Part shown: positions 12,211 to 23,807 of the stretch, piece after piece
How the letters are laid out: each line of letters opens with the position of its first letter
Position numbering within the stretch: position 1 is the first letter of the stretch
Assembly (NCBI GenBank): GCA_024346625.1
Contig: AP024664.1
Span: 2,542,001 to 2,606,000, forward strand
Length of the DNA: 64,000 nt
Direction: 5' to 3'
From: Williopsis jadinii
Taxonomy: Eukaryota
Position numbers and translations under genes: made by a program
Notes under the pieces: model-generated
Databases searched by the model: none
The model's input: the letters and a program-made list of their open reading frames with translations, nothing else
What the model was told of the DNA's origin: nothing

Positions 12211-12598
12211 ATATAAGGACACCTTCAGTTGGTGATGGCAATTGGCCTACGATATCAATGTTTCTGTAACTGTGTATGGTTCCCATTCTGTGTCATTTTT
12301 AGGGACTTCGGTTGACTTCTTAAAGTCTCAAGCTGGGCAACTTACCTGGTAACCCAAGTTGAACAGTGGAGAGTCAAGTGTCTATGTATACTTTGATGTT
12401 GATGATTCAAAACAATAGATAAACGTACATTGGTCCATCAGATGACCTTAACAGGACTGAATCCTAACAAGTGTACACTCTATGACTACCAAGCTACTGA
12501 TAATAATGTTTAAAGATTATGTAAAAGACTAATTAAATTACTGACCAACTGTCATAACTGTAATATCTCAACGTGGTGTAACACATGAAACAATAACA

Positions 12599-14311
12599 TT
12601 ATTCACTAGCTTGATTTTTAGAGGTGTTTTTTATTTCGTCCTCCCAGTCGAACTGGTAATTTGAGAATTGTCTAGCTGGAATGCCTTTCTCAAACATAAT
12701 ATCAAGTTCTGCAAACGATCTGTCTCGTGTTTCTGGAAGTCTAAAGAACGACCACACAAGCACACATGTAGCTGTTCCCAACCAAACGAAAGCTGTTTTA
12801 CCTTTCAGATTGGCTTCACTTGGATTAATCAAGTAGGGCTCAACAACATTTGAGATCAATGAAACTATAGAGTAAGATCCTCTAGCCAAAGCAATACTCT
12901 GTGCTCTTAAACGGGTCGCACTCATTTCACCAACAATGGTGAAAGCGAGTGGGCCTATTGTCATAGCATATGTAGCAACCCATGCAATGACAACACCACA
13001 TTGTGCCCATTTTATTGCTGAGGTCTGTGGAGGACAGGCTAGAATTCCAATTAATAATAACACAGCCGTCAGAATAGCAAACCCTGTAACATAGATGGTA
13101 CGTCTACCGTACCTTCTTAACAGGAACCAAGAAAGAACTGTTCCCGTCCATGCGATACCCGTAGTCCCCAAGTTCAATTTGTACGTATCGGATGAGTTCA
13201 AACCTGCTTGACTGAAAAAATAACTAGGGGAATAAGCAAAAGTGGACCCTGATAGAACTTGTCCTGCAAAAGCCACACATGCGATTTCAGTTCTTCTACG
13301 GTTGAACCCTTTGAAACACTCCACATAAGATTTCCATCCTTTAATGTTATTCATCTCCTGCTCCTTCTCCAACTCATTTGTACGAATCATCATGGATACT
13401 CTTTGGTGCGCTTTTTCGTGGATTGATTTGTGTGATAGTCTCTTTGTTGCCTTTATTGCATCATCGATTCTTCCCTTACGGATCAACCATGCTGGCGAGT
13501 CTGGACAGAGAATTGTTAGAATGAAAAGTGGCGGAATCCATACCCACTGGATAGCAAACGGAACTCGATATGACCATTCAGTGGTATTGCTTACAAACGC
13601 TTGTAACACACCAGCTGCCACGAATTGACCAGTAGCCCAACAAAGATTCACATATGCTGCCAGATAACCTCTCAAAGCCAAGGGCATAATTTCAGATGAA
13701 TAGGAAGGTCCCATTGTAGCAAAGACACCCCAAACCAAACCACACAATATCTGGCCCACCAACAAATGTTGAATTGTTTGGGCAAAGAAAGGAATGAAGA
13801 TGAACGCAGCCATCAAAGTCAAGTTAGCTAAGATGACACGACGATGTCCCCATCTTTCAGTCAAGTAACCGTTAGCAAGAACACCCACCACAGCACCAGA
13901 GGCTGCAGCGCATGAAAGTCCAACTTGCCAAGGGCCCGTAAGCTCCTTATCATTAGGGTTACCATCAACAGGCTGGCCAAACTTATCCTTGAAAGATGGA
14001 TAAGCGAAGAAACTGGACATTAAGATGTTATCATAGCCCTCCATAATGATTGTAGCGGACATAACAGCAGCCCAGAATATGGAAGCTTTGTAAAGTGAAA
14101 TTGCCTCTCTTACAGAGAGCTCATGCTCTTCTTCGTTGGCCTCCTGTGCATCTTGGTTTATCTGGGATTCGTCGAGTTCATAAATAGTTGGTTCAATATC
14201 AATAATTCCCCTTCCATTTGTATCAGTAAGCTTGGTGTCGTTTGATGAGAATCTTGAAACGTTTTCAATGTGCTCTGCATCAGAGCACTTTTTATCATAG
14301 TCAGAGTCCAT
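12599..14311 (-). CDS. Alpha-glucoside/maltose permease-like MFS sugar porter (Mal11/Mal31 family)
   Basis: 570 aa with family motifs IMEGYD, YSSEIMPLALRGYL, PFAIQWVW, RRRTEIAC and FFRLPETRDRSFAELDIMFE. Confidence 0.92.
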   Translation of the reverse strand: MDSDYDKKCSDAEHIENVSRFSSNDTKLTDTNGRGIIDIEPTIYELDESQINQDAQEANEEEHELSVREAISLYKASIFWAAVMSATIIMEGYDNILMSSFFAYPSFKDKFGQPVDGNPNDKELTGPWQVGLSCAAASGAVVGVLANGYLTERWGHRRVILANLTLMAAFIFIPFFAQTIQHLLVGQILCGLVWGVFATMGPSYSSEIMPLALRGYLAAYVNLCWATGQFVAAGVLQAFVSNTTEWSYRVPFAIQWVWIPPLFILTILCPDSPAWLIRKGRIDDAIKATKRLSHKSIHEKAHQRVSMMIRTNELEKEQEMNNIKGWKSYVECFKGFNRRRTEIACVAFAGQVLSGSTFAYSPSYFFSQAGLNSSDTYKLNLGTTGIAWTGTVLSWFLLRRYGRRTIYVTGFAILTAVLLLIGILACPPQTSAIKWAQCGVVIAWVATYAMTIGPLAFTIVGEMSATRLRAQSIALARGSYSIVSLISNVVEPYLINPSEANLKGKTAFVWLGTATCVLVWSFFRLPETRDRSFAELDIMFEKGIPARQFSNYQFDWEDEIKNTSKNQASE

Positions 14312-14855
14312 GCTTTGTTATGGATGATTATAGTGTTGGTGTCATAAAACCTTGGCGTAACTCCCAGTATTTATATATTCAACAACTTTAGATGTAGCCC
14401 AAGTCTTTGTTAGGAAGTGATTCATAAAAATAGTAAGATGATCTTTTTCAAGTTGCTTCAATACAAATTCGTTATCATCAAACTTTTTACCCCGACCATG
14501 ACCTCCGGTATCACTTTTAGCAACACATTTTTGGGTGAACATTGCGACGAACATTTTGCCGCATTCAAAGTATGACGTTCATCTATATGAGTTGAGAATC
14601 TGTGATGATGAATGACACCAAGTTCTGGGGTAGAAATGTTAAGGTTTGATCTACTCCGTATTTAGTTGTCATCACTATTGATGCTAATAAGAAGTTTCCG
14701 AGATTCTAAGCGAGTATTTTGCCGATGCTTTTGAAAGGTATTACTTTTGATGATCTCACGATCACGATCCATATGACACCTCAGTTCTGTGAACTAGTCA
14801 CCATATTTAGGGTCTAAATCACCATCTAGCTAAGGTCACGTCGTCGTTTACATCG

Positions 14856-14870
14856 CGGAGGAATTGTCGG
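14856..14870 (+). promoter_or_regulatory. CGG-N9-CGG candidate Mal-activator site in the divergent promoter
   Basis: CGG AGGAATTGT CGG. Mig1-like CTGGGG boxes lie nearby (~14625, ~14965). Confidence 0.5.
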
Positions 14871-15072
14871 AGTCGCTTAAATTCTCGGAATAACTTTTCA
14901 TTTTGCTTTGCTACAGCCACACTTTAATGTCAGGTCCATTGAGATGCATATCAACAAAGACTTTTCTGGGGTATTGACCTTTTTTGATGATTCTCCCGAG
15001 AATTGCTTGTTTAGGAACTACATAAGTAAGGTAAAATCTTCTATATTTCCAATAATCTCCAATCAACCTGCC

Positions 15073-17523
15073 ATGCTGGCTAACGAACCCGACTACAACG
15101 TCATGGCCACACGTAACTCAATTGACCGTCATGTTGACAGTGACACTAGGTTCTCCCGTGGTATGTGGGAAACCAAGGACGGTGTCACAATCAGATGGGC
15201 ACAAGACTCTTTCAAAACCGTTGTTGAAAAAGATGGCTCTCTCTATAACATGTCTGCAGCTGTTCCGCTAAGAACTAGAGGTGATCAACTTAACAATCCT
15301 ACAATTTCAACCAGATTGAACTCGCCACATGAAGGGATCATCAAAGTTGAGCACTACCATCACTATTCCAAATATAAGACCGACACAAACAACTCAGCAA
15401 GGTTTGAGATTCAGGATGAAAACAAGAACGATGACAGCTTCAGTGTTACAGAAAATGATGATCATTCAAGTGTATCTAATGGTGATTTAAAAGCCACAGT
15501 TCAAAAGAAAGGATGGGGTATAGACTTCAAGAGCGGTGATAAGCTGCTGACAAAGCTGGGATTCAGATCAGTTGGTTGGGTCAACGATTCTCGTTACATT
15601 AACTCCCAAGGTAAGAACTCGACATATATAACAGTTCAACTCCACGTTAGTAACGGCGAGAAATTTTTTGGTCTCGGTGAGAGGTTTGGACCTTTTGTTA
15701 AAAATGGGCAAAGGGTCGAGATGTGGAATGAAGACGGTGGAACGTCTTCAGAATGGGCATACAAAAATATCCCATTTTTCATTTCCAATAGAGGATATGG
15801 TGTGTTCGTCGACTCCACGTCTGATGTGGTTTATGAAATCCAATCTGAGAGGACCACAAGGGTGAACATGACAATCCCAGGAGAAGGTGTGCGTTACTAC
15901 ATAATTAACGGACCTGATCCCAAGACAATCTTACAGAGATATGCTCATTTAACTGGTCATCCTGCCCTTCCACCTCCATGGACTTTTGGCCTATGGTTAA
16001 CAACTTCTTTCACCACTGATTACGACATAAACACTGTTTCTTCTTTCTTGCAAGGGATGAAGGATCGTGAAATTCCATTGAGAACGTTTCATTTCGACTG
16101 CTTTTGGATGAAAGGGTTCCAATGGTGTGACTTTGAGTTTGATAAAGATATGTTTCCAGACCCGAAAGCCATGCTGGCTAAGCTTAAAGAGGACTTTGGA
16201 GTTAAGATCTGTGTTTGGATTAATCCATACATTGCACAAGAGTCTAAGCTGTTCAAAGAAGGTGATGAAAAGGGTTTTTTCATTAAGAACTTAGATGGCT
16301 CGTCCTACCAAACTGACTTATGGCAGGCAGGTATGGGGATAGTTGACTTCACAAACCCGGAGGCAACAAAGTGGTACCAAGGCCTACTTTCAGGTCTTGT
16401 TGATATTGGTGTTGATTCTTTCAAAACCGATTTTGGGGAAAGAATTCCATGTAAGGGAGTCAAGTATTTCAACGGTAACGATCCGGTGAGTATGCACAAT
16501 TACTACACATTCCTCTACAACCAGGCAGTCTTCAAAGTTTTGGAACAGAAACTGGGTAAGAATGAGGCGTGTTTATTCGCAAGGTCTGCAACTGCTGGGT
16601 GTCAACAATTTCCTGTACACTGGGGCGGAGACTGTGAATCAACTTTTGAAGCGATGGCGGAGACCATTAGAGGGGGCTTATCTTTAGCTCTTAGTGGGTT
16701 TGGGTTCTGGTCCCATGATATCTCTGGATTCGAAGGTCTTGAGAACCCTGACCCAGCACTGTACAAGAGATGGGTCCAGTTCGGACTATTGTCTTCCCAT
16801 TCGAGACTGCATGGTTCGTCGACTTATAGAGTCCCGTGGAATTTCGATGACGAATCATCAGTCGTTTTAGCAAAGTTTTCCAAGCTCAAGAACTCATTGA
16901 TGCCTTATATTTATGACTTGGCAATTGAGGCGCATAAAAATGCAGTCCCAGTCATTAGACCATTGATGATGGAATATCCCGATGATATTGTTGCTACTAC
17001 AATTGACTCTCAATTCATGCTAGGTGATAAGCTATTGGTGGCGCCAATCCTCTCAAAGAACAATGAAGTTGTTTATTATCTTCCAAGAGGTTCATGGTAT
17101 GGCTATTTGGACGGTATAACAAGGGAGTCAACCGGAGAGTATTTTAAGGAAACGCATGATTTCAAATCTATGCCTCTTTTGGTGAGATCAAACTCTATCT
17201 TTGTTACCTCGGGACAAGACATTTGCAATGAAAGGCCAGACTATGATTATACACAAGATGTATTGGTTAACTTGTTCGACTTACACGATGGAGAACAGAA
17301 CGTGCAGATTCCAGATCATAAGATGTTGGGTGATTTCTCCGCATTTGTGACTGTTCAAAAAAGAGGTGCAGATGTTCAAGTTTCTATTTCGGGCAGCTAC
17401 GGTTCTTTATCCGTGAGATACCTTGGTGTTGAAAAAGTTGAAACCACAGAGAAACAGACGTACGATGAGTTTGGAAACGTCATTGTAATTGCTTCTGGCC
17501 CAACAGTTACATTCAGCGTTTAG
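15073..17523 (+). CDS. Glycoside hydrolase family 31, YicI-type alpha-xylosidase/alpha-glucosidase
   Basis: Nucleophile motif FKTDFGERIP, plus FHFDCFWMK, HWGGDCES and HSRLHGS. N-terminal RFSRGMW resembles the YicI start. Start ATG at 15073 is inferred (the ORF track begins at TTG 14908). Confidence 0.92.
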   Translation: MLANEPDYNVMATRNSIDRHVDSDTRFSRGMWETKDGVTIRWAQDSFKTVVEKDGSLYNMSAAVPLRTRGDQLNNPTISTRLNSPHEGIIKVEHYHHYSKYKTDTNNSARFEIQDENKNDDSFSVTENDDHSSVSNGDLKATVQKKGWGIDFKSGDKLLTKLGFRSVGWVNDSRYINSQGKNSTYITVQLHVSNGEKFFGLGERFGPFVKNGQRVEMWNEDGGTSSEWAYKNIPFFISNRGYGVFVDSTSDVVYEIQSERTTRVNMTIPGEGVRYYIINGPDPKTILQRYAHLTGHPALPPPWTFGLWLTTSFTTDYDINTVSSFLQGMKDREIPLRTFHFDCFWMKGFQWCDFEFDKDMFPDPKAMLAKLKEDFGVKICVWINPYIAQESKLFKEGDEKGFFIKNLDGSSYQTDLWQAGMGIVDFTNPEATKWYQGLLSGLVDIGVDSFKTDFGERIPCKGVKYFNGNDPVSMHNYYTFLYNQAVFKVLEQKLGKNEACLFARSATAGCQQFPVHWGGDCESTFEAMAETIRGGLSLALSGFGFWSHDISGFEGLENPDPALYKRWVQFGLLSSHSRLHGSSTYRVPWNFDDESSVVLAKFSKLKNSLMPYIYDLAIEAHKNAVPVIRPLMMEYPDDIVATTIDSQFMLGDKLLVAPILSKNNEVVYYLPRGSWYGYLDGITRESTGEYFKETHDFKSMPLLVRSNSIFVTSGQDICNERPDYDYTQDVLVNLFDLHDGEQNVQIPDHKMLGDFSAFVTVQKRGADVQVSISGSYGSLSVRYLGVEKVETTEKQTYDEFGNVIVIASGPTVTFSV

Positions 17524-17915
17524 TGGGCCCTTGGGAATGTGCATCTTGTATAGTAACATAGTATTTAAACTTTACATTTATCCGTATGAATTTGTTGTTT
17601 TCAATAATTATTGGGCATGCGCGGCTTTCTTACACTTTAAGTCCGTAATGGCATGACTCAATGGGGTGGCGGGCTTCCGCTGCCGTTGCCGCTGATTCGT
17701 TAAACGTAGGGTGTGATAACTCTGGGTAATTGGGCTCATAGACTGGAAGGGGTGCAGATTTAATTTTTTAACCGCCTTTCCCCCGCGTATTTTCGCCTAA
17801 ATATGTGGTCCATAATAATCCGAAGGGACAATGCGGAGAAACTACTTGTAACATATAAAGAGCTCGAATTTCATTACTCAGTTCCTCAAATTTTCAATTA
17901 TGTGAGGGTGCGAGA

Positions 17916-19631
17916 ATGAATAAATCCTTGAGAAGCCAGAATAATAAGAGGCAACACAACAGACCCTGTGATGCGTGCTCTGTGAGAAAGGTGCGGTGCG
18001 ATCTCCATGAGAGGAACGGGTTATCATGTACGAATTGCTCGAACCATGGAATAGATTGTACTGATGTTAGAGTGAGGAGAAAATCAGGTCCGAAACGTAT
18101 ACGGCAAGAAACCAAGAATCATATACTTGAGCTTGTATCCGGGTCTCAGGCTCGAACTCAGCAGTTCAGCCTCAACCAGATCATACCATACCTTCAGGTG
18201 TACCAAATGTGGTTCTATCCAATGTGGCCAATAGTTTCAACAAAGGAAACGATATCTATGCTTGAAGGCAATTCCTCAAGTCCTGATAGCCCTATACAGT
18301 TGGTAAATGATAAAGTTGCAGAGCTCTACGCGCTGAGTTGTGCAGTTTGTGCCGCCGTTTCAAGACATAAACATTTCTTGCGATCGTTGGATGGTGTTTT
18401 CAAGCTGAATGGCTGTCCTCAACCAAGCGAGTATATCGAAGAGGCCCGAAGGGTAATTTATGAAAGAGAGCTCAAGATGAACCCGACTCCTAATCTTCTG
18501 GTAACCTCCTATTTCATGTACATGTACTATGATAATGTCCCAGGCGGCACAACACGAGGATTGGTTTACATCAGAGAGGCGGTCTCGCTGGCCCATATAA
18601 TGGGACTCCATGAAAAGCAAACATATGCTTCGAAGTCTCCGGTGGAATCGCATTATTTGAGAAAGATCTACTATCAAGTAATGATTACTGAAAGGTATAT
18701 TGGCTTTGAGTGCAACTTGCCTGTAATTCTCGAGCCAAATGACATTGAGATCCCATCTCTGCAAGATGACGATTATCCTGATCTGCTGTTGGGGTTTACA
18801 GAGTTGGCACATGTTTTCAGCAGCACTGATAACTATTTCTTCAAAGAGTTACAGAGCAACAGGTCCAAACATAGTAGTTTGAATGACTTTTTGAGCTCGA
18901 TGTTTCCCACTCAAGACGATTCTGTTAAGAAGAACTGGTTGTACCAAATACAGAAGAAACTCTGCCGCAAAATTCAAAGCGATTGCACTGTTACTGATGC
19001 TCAGAAGGTGAACATTATTCTGTCAAAGGCATGGTTCCAGAGCTTGGCATGGTTGATGTCTTCAGAAAACTTCCTCCTTCAAGAAGATGTAGACTCGACC
19101 CACTGCTTCAGCACGAGCTATCCTCTCAGCATTGCGAAGGAATTCCTAAAGTCCACCAATGGGCTACCTGACTATGCTTTTGAATCGAACGGGCCTGGTG
19201 CAGCGATGAAACTTTTGGAGATTGCAAATTCTTTGTACACTTCCAGCATCACCATGTTGGATCCAAGTTGTGAGCCAATGACTTTGGACTGTTTAAATGA
19301 GATATTCAGCATGGTGGTAAGGTTGAAGAGCGATATGGAATTGCCAAAAGATATATATGGGAAAATTTTATCATTTTTGGAATCCAAGAGGTTCTCCCAA
19401 ACAAGACTTCTTTCTGACCATGAAGCTCTTCTCTATGAAATGAAAGAGGGAAAAATTGAAGAGATTTTTGAAAGTTATGACAACAGCAATGCCACGAACT
19501 CCATCGCACTACCTCAACAAACAAAGGAGTTATCTCTTTCGAGGTCATCTTCTGTTTTGTTATTGACGGAGATGCAAGATTCATCGGTGACACCAAATTG
19601 TTGGTCGCCATTCTTATTGAGTAGTACATAG
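17916..19631 (+). CDS. Zn2Cys6 transcription factor, MAL-activator-like (Mal13/Mal63/Suc1)
   Basis: RPCDACSVRKVRCD...CTNCSNHGIDC...RRKSGPK, followed by YLQVYQMWFYPMWPIV and ESNGPG motifs. Confidence 0.9.
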   Translation: MNKSLRSQNNKRQHNRPCDACSVRKVRCDLHERNGLSCTNCSNHGIDCTDVRVRRKSGPKRIRQETKNHILELVSGSQARTQQFSLNQIIPYLQVYQMWFYPMWPIVSTKETISMLEGNSSSPDSPIQLVNDKVAELYALSCAVCAAVSRHKHFLRSLDGVFKLNGCPQPSEYIEEARRVIYERELKMNPTPNLLVTSYFMYMYYDNVPGGTTRGLVYIREAVSLAHIMGLHEKQTYASKSPVESHYLRKIYYQVMITERYIGFECNLPVILEPNDIEIPSLQDDDYPDLLLGFTELAHVFSSTDNYFFKELQSNRSKHSSLNDFLSSMFPTQDDSVKKNWLYQIQKKLCRKIQSDCTVTDAQKVNIILSKAWFQSLAWLMSSENFLLQEDVDSTHCFSTSYPLSIAKEFLKSTNGLPDYAFESNGPGAAMKLLEIANSLYTSSITMLDPSCEPMTLDCLNEIFSMVVRLKSDMELPKDIYGKILSFLESKRFSQTRLLSDHEALLYEMKEGKIEEIFESYDNSNATNSIALPQQTKELSLSRSSSVLLLTEMQDSSVTPNCWSPFLLSST

Positions 19632-19877
19632 AGTACATTCTTTAATCGCTAAAATTAACTGTGTTTTCGTTGCATATAAAGCTCTCATAGCTGCTATTTC
19701 CATTTTTGTGTCAAACTGGGGCAGGAGATACCAGCTTTGGCATTCCATAAATCCTCTCAAAAGCAACACCATAGGAGAGCACACACCACAAGCTTCTATA
19801 AAAACAGTGGCACAGTCGCTTTGAATATCCTGCTAGAATCCTGCTAAAGCATCACAGTGATAGTAACCCCTCTAACA

Positions 19878-20650
19878 ATGCCTAACGTTTCCAAACAAAG
19901 CCAGCAAGGTTCTCGTATAAGGTGAGCATAGATCATTTAACTGATTTATGTGGACAACTAACACAGCTTAGACTTCCACCAATCAGCAAAATACTCGAAA
20001 ACATCAAAGATTTTGCTCAGCAATATCCTTGGTGTGTACGGTCCGAATACTATGATTCAAATGTTCCTTACCCGTGTGGGAGAGGTTTGATGCATGATTT
20101 AACCGTTTACCATTTGAATTCGGGAAAGACATTCGTCAATGATGGTACCCGCACACCAATAGGCACCGTCGTACATACTGTTCCGTGTAATAATGATGTG
20201 TACAGATCATATACAAGCGAAACGGAGGATGACAACCGCAGAGTATCCGAGAGCTCCATAGATATGCTAACGACAGTTGCAATACAGAGACTTGCAGAGG
20301 AGCGCGAATCATCAATAGCATCAACAGCAACAACAACGGCAGACGAATTGGTCGATGTTGAACCATCAAACACCAAGTGGCCTACGGTTGTGACAAAGAG
20401 CAAAGCTGACACATCTGAGCCATGCACACCGCTAATCAACCACGTTTCAAAACCAAAAGCATCTGTGACCACGACCCAACAGAGAAAATGTCAACAATGT
20501 GGGAAGACTTCAACGCCAGAATGGCGTAGAGGCCCCGTGGGACCACGCACCTTATGTAATGCATGTGGTCTCTTCTATTGCAAACTTGTCAAGAAAGTTG
20601 GAGAAAGAATTGCTCGTGAGAAATTGTTGACTAGAAGTAGAGTTGGTTAA
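19878..20650 (+). CDS. GATA zinc-finger transcription factor (Gat2/Srd1/Ecm23-like); probable join(19878..19921,19972..20650)
   Basis: C-terminal [30 protein letters not shown]. Predicted 50-nt intron GTGAGC...ACTAAC...TAG puts ATG 19878 in frame ([23 protein letters not shown]). Confidence 0.85.
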
Positions 20651-20734
20651 AATGCATGTTGAAAGCGTGGACAAGTACAAAAATAAATGTCCGTAGCGGG
20701 TAAACTGTAACCGTAAGCTTTTCGTGATGTCTGG

Positions 20735-21967
20735 ATGTTTTCCACGTATATTAAATTGAGAACCAGAGTTGGTAATGGTGGAGCATCAGATGAGAGACAA
20801 TGGCACCAAGGTTCAATGGCTTCTCCAATATTTCTATCGAATCCTAGCCCTGGGTTCTCTCACATTTCTATAGTGAAGGGTATACTAATTGCATTGTCGG
20901 GGATTTTCTTTCAACGTCATGTCCTTTGGAGAGATCTTAAAATTAGAGAGTTCTTTGTCACCACTGTACTCATCTCGTTGCTGGTTCGACTTGTAATTGA
21001 GATCCCCCACTTGCTCGGAGCCATTGTTACGAGACTCCTGAGATTAATCAACATAGACGTCGATTTCTCTCTTATTCTTACAACGATAACTGATGATATC
21101 TTGGAGCTCAGATGGTTGGCCTTGGTTGCGGTTTATTGCTATATGTACGATTCGTTTGAGTACCTATTCATGACGGGGTTGAAGAAGTTGGATGCAGAGT
21201 CTCAAAGTGAGCCCCCTTATTCTGAATACCTCCTAAGAGCTCATACAATCGATATACACACTACGGTTCCCTCATGGTTTCCAAAAGTTGATGTAACACT
21301 GGCCCAAAAGAGATTTCTTGTACAGCTACTTCGCTCGTATGCATTGATTTGCTTGAACACAGCAATGCTGATGGGAATCACCAAATTCGGGCCCCTGGGT
21401 ATTGTTCTTACCGCTCTATACATATCGAAGTGGTTCAGTCACATGATTGGATCCCAATTGACATTCGTACTCTTCTTGGTGGGGTTGGTTGTGCCAACTG
21501 ATTTCACAATCAAGAGCTTTGCGTCTGTGAACCTGTCACTGTTGACGGTGAAATCTCTATTGACCATGCCATATTTCCAGAAAATAAGACTCTCTGATGT
21601 TAAGATTGAGAACTGGATAGAATCAAGAATAGGGTTGATAGTGGGATTTGGTCTTTTCTTCCATCTAGCATCACGTCATTTCAACATGTTGGGTTTGACA
21701 ATCGTTTTGCTTGAGCAACTAGCACTTTCATACATGATCTTTAAAACCACAAGCCCAGTACAGGAGATTACTGATGAGAAGTGGATATTAACACAGATAT
21801 CATGTCCTTTCTTGTTTGAAGGATTGCAAGTAACCACTCTCACACCAGGATTCGTACTGATCAAGGAATCATTACGATATGACCAAGAGACACCATCGGA
21901 AACTCCATCAAAGTTCTCGACGCCGTTACCGTCATCAACCAATTTACAAAACCTTTCTGAGCATTAA
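20735..21967 (+). CDS. Multi-pass membrane protein, UsgS-like (fungal, unknown function)
   Basis: Several hydrophobic segments. IVKGILIAL, LFMTGLKKLD and PYFQKI...WIESRIGLIVGFG recall filamentous-fungal UsgS. True start may be ATG 20816. Confidence 0.65.
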   Translation: MFSTYIKLRTRVGNGGASDERQWHQGSMASPIFLSNPSPGFSHISIVKGILIALSGIFFQRHVLWRDLKIREFFVTTVLISLLVRLVIEIPHLLGAIVTRLLRLINIDVDFSLILTTITDDILELRWLALVAVYCYMYDSFEYLFMTGLKKLDAESQSEPPYSEYLLRAHTIDIHTTVPSWFPKVDVTLAQKRFLVQLLRSYALICLNTAMLMGITKFGPLGIVLTALYISKWFSHMIGSQLTFVLFLVGLVVPTDFTIKSFASVNLSLLTVKSLLTMPYFQKIRLSDVKIENWIESRIGLIVGFGLFFHLASRHFNMLGLTIVLLEQLALSYMIFKTTSPVQEITDEKWILTQISCPFLFEGLQVTTLTPGFVLIKESLRYDQETPSETPSKFSTPLPSSTNLQNLSEH

Positions 21968-22248
21968 CACATCTACATCAATGGCATTGATTTCATTTAA
22001 GAATGGAATATAACTAAATACATCAGGATCATAATATATGTACTCTCCCTTTTTTGATTCTTCCTTTGGTTTGTTGTTTCATTTGTTGTTCATGTAAAAT
22101 AGGGTACGGTCTAAGATCAAAACACACAATCACACACGAAATAAATACTTCTAGACAAGTACGCAAACAAAACTGAGAAAAGCCGTCTTGGTTTATCCTT
22201 GATTGAATTATGCTAAATTTGTCATGCACATGTGGAACTCCTCTTAGT

Positions 22249-23352
22249 TTACAACTCATCGGCGTATGGCAAGTTGTGCACGTCACCAAGAGCAACGTAG
22301 TTGAACTTACCCAGCTTGAAGTCTTTAACGTTAGCGACATCAATCTCAGATGCAATCACGGCACTTTCGTTAGCCAAGGCCAACTTGGTGGCAGCGTAGC
22401 CAGTAGCAGATGAGAGGTTAACACCGCCCTTCAAAGCAGAGACAACCTTCTTGATGCTAGAAGCAACAGCAGAAGCCTCACCCTTGACGTACAAGGAGAA
22501 GAGACCAGCTTGGGAGTACTTCTCAAAGGAGGCAGACGAGATGGATTGTGAAAGCTCAGACAATGGTGATGTCAAATAAGCAGCCAAAACTTCATAGGTG
22601 GCAAAGTCTGCTGGCTTAACTGGAACAGCAATAGCAGAGATGGACTCACCAACAGCTCTCTCTCTAACTTCAACACCTTCGTAGAACTTTGGTGTGGAAG
22701 TAGCAGCGAGGGAAGCACCAGCTGGGAGCTGACTCAAGGCAGAGTCCTGGACGAAACCATTGAGAGCCTTGGCGTCAACACCCTTAGCAATGATCTCAAC
22801 GTTGTCCTTGACATAGACCTTGTCGGCAAATGCCTTGATGTCATCCAAGGTCACCTTTTCGACACCGTCGTAGTAGAGTGGGTTACCCAATCCGTTTCTG
22901 AAGGAGGCAGAGTACAACAATTCGCTAGCCTTGAAGTATGGGGAGGCCAGAGCGGTGGTCAAGTCGTACTTGGCAGCTGGCAAGACAATCTCTGGAAGTT
23001 CGTGTGGCTTGAAAGAGGTCTTGTACAAGACATCGGCAATTGCGTTAACGTAGTATGGGAGACCCTCTTTCAAAAAGTTGGCAGACAAGTAAATGGCATC
23101 TCTGTCAACAGTGGAGGAGAACACACCACCCAAGAGCTCAGATTCTCTGGTCAATCTCAAGGCAGATCTGGATCTGGTGTTTTGGAAGTTGAATCTGGAA
23201 AGCAAGTGGGAAACACCATCCTTGGTGGCATATCTGGAACCAGCGTTCACCTTGACGGTCAAGGTGGAAACTCTACCTTCGGCGGCAGTGGCGGTGACCT
23301 TAGTGGCGTAACCTCTAGTGGATTGAATAGATGCCAATCTTCTGGAAAGCAT
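22249..23352 (-). CDS. QCR2: Cytochrome bc1 complex core subunit 2
   Basis: [23 protein letters not shown]...[14 protein letters not shown] and C-terminal NLPYADEL. Confidence 0.97.
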   Translation of the reverse strand: MLSRRLASIQSTRGYATKVTATAAEGRVSTLTVKVNAGSRYATKDGVSHLLSRFNFQNTRSRSALRLTRESELLGGVFSSTVDRDAIYLSANFLKEGLPYYVNAIADVLYKTSFKPHELPEIVLPAAKYDLTTALASPYFKASELLYSASFRNGLGNPLYYDGVEKVTLDDIKAFADKVYVKDNVEIIAKGVDAKALNGFVQDSALSQLPAGASLAATSTPKFYEGVEVRERAVGESISAIAVPVKPADFATYEVLAAYLTSPLSELSQSISSASFEKYSQAGLFSLYVKGEASAVASSIKKVVSALKGGVNLSSATGYAATKLALANESAVIASEIDVANVKDFKLGKFNYVALGDVHNLPYADEL

Positions 23353-23807
23353 TGCTATTGTTGTATTTGATGGTTTCTAGAGAAGAAGATTCGAACAGGC
23401 TCCTTTTGGACTTTTCTTCAAAGACTGTGTGTATATGTTGTTTTTTTATTCTGTTGTTCGTAGGAGAACTTTTTCGAATCCAATGGGAAGCCCAGCGTGC
23501 GCGGAGCAGCGAGAATAGCGTTAAAACTAATGCCCCAGGGGGCAAGGAAAATTTTCGATCACTGCGGAACGCAAAACAAAAGAGAAAATTAAAAATTCGC
23601 ACTCTCTGATTGGGTGCTTACTTACGAGGGCAGAAACGTGATATGTCATGTGACTGTTAAAGTCGAATCTCAATCCCCTTCTCCCTTGTAGACACGTAAA
23701 CGCTAACGGGGTGTGCACGTACACCTTTTTCTTTTCTTCACCATTTTGAAACGCGTCTTTTCAACAGCTTTATCACTATAAGCAAAAACATCAGTATAGG
23801 TACAACC

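Noticed and set aside
14908..15072. N-terminal extension of the GH31 ORF from TTG 14908
   Set aside because: Non-ATG start overlapping probable promoter; family similarity starts downstream.
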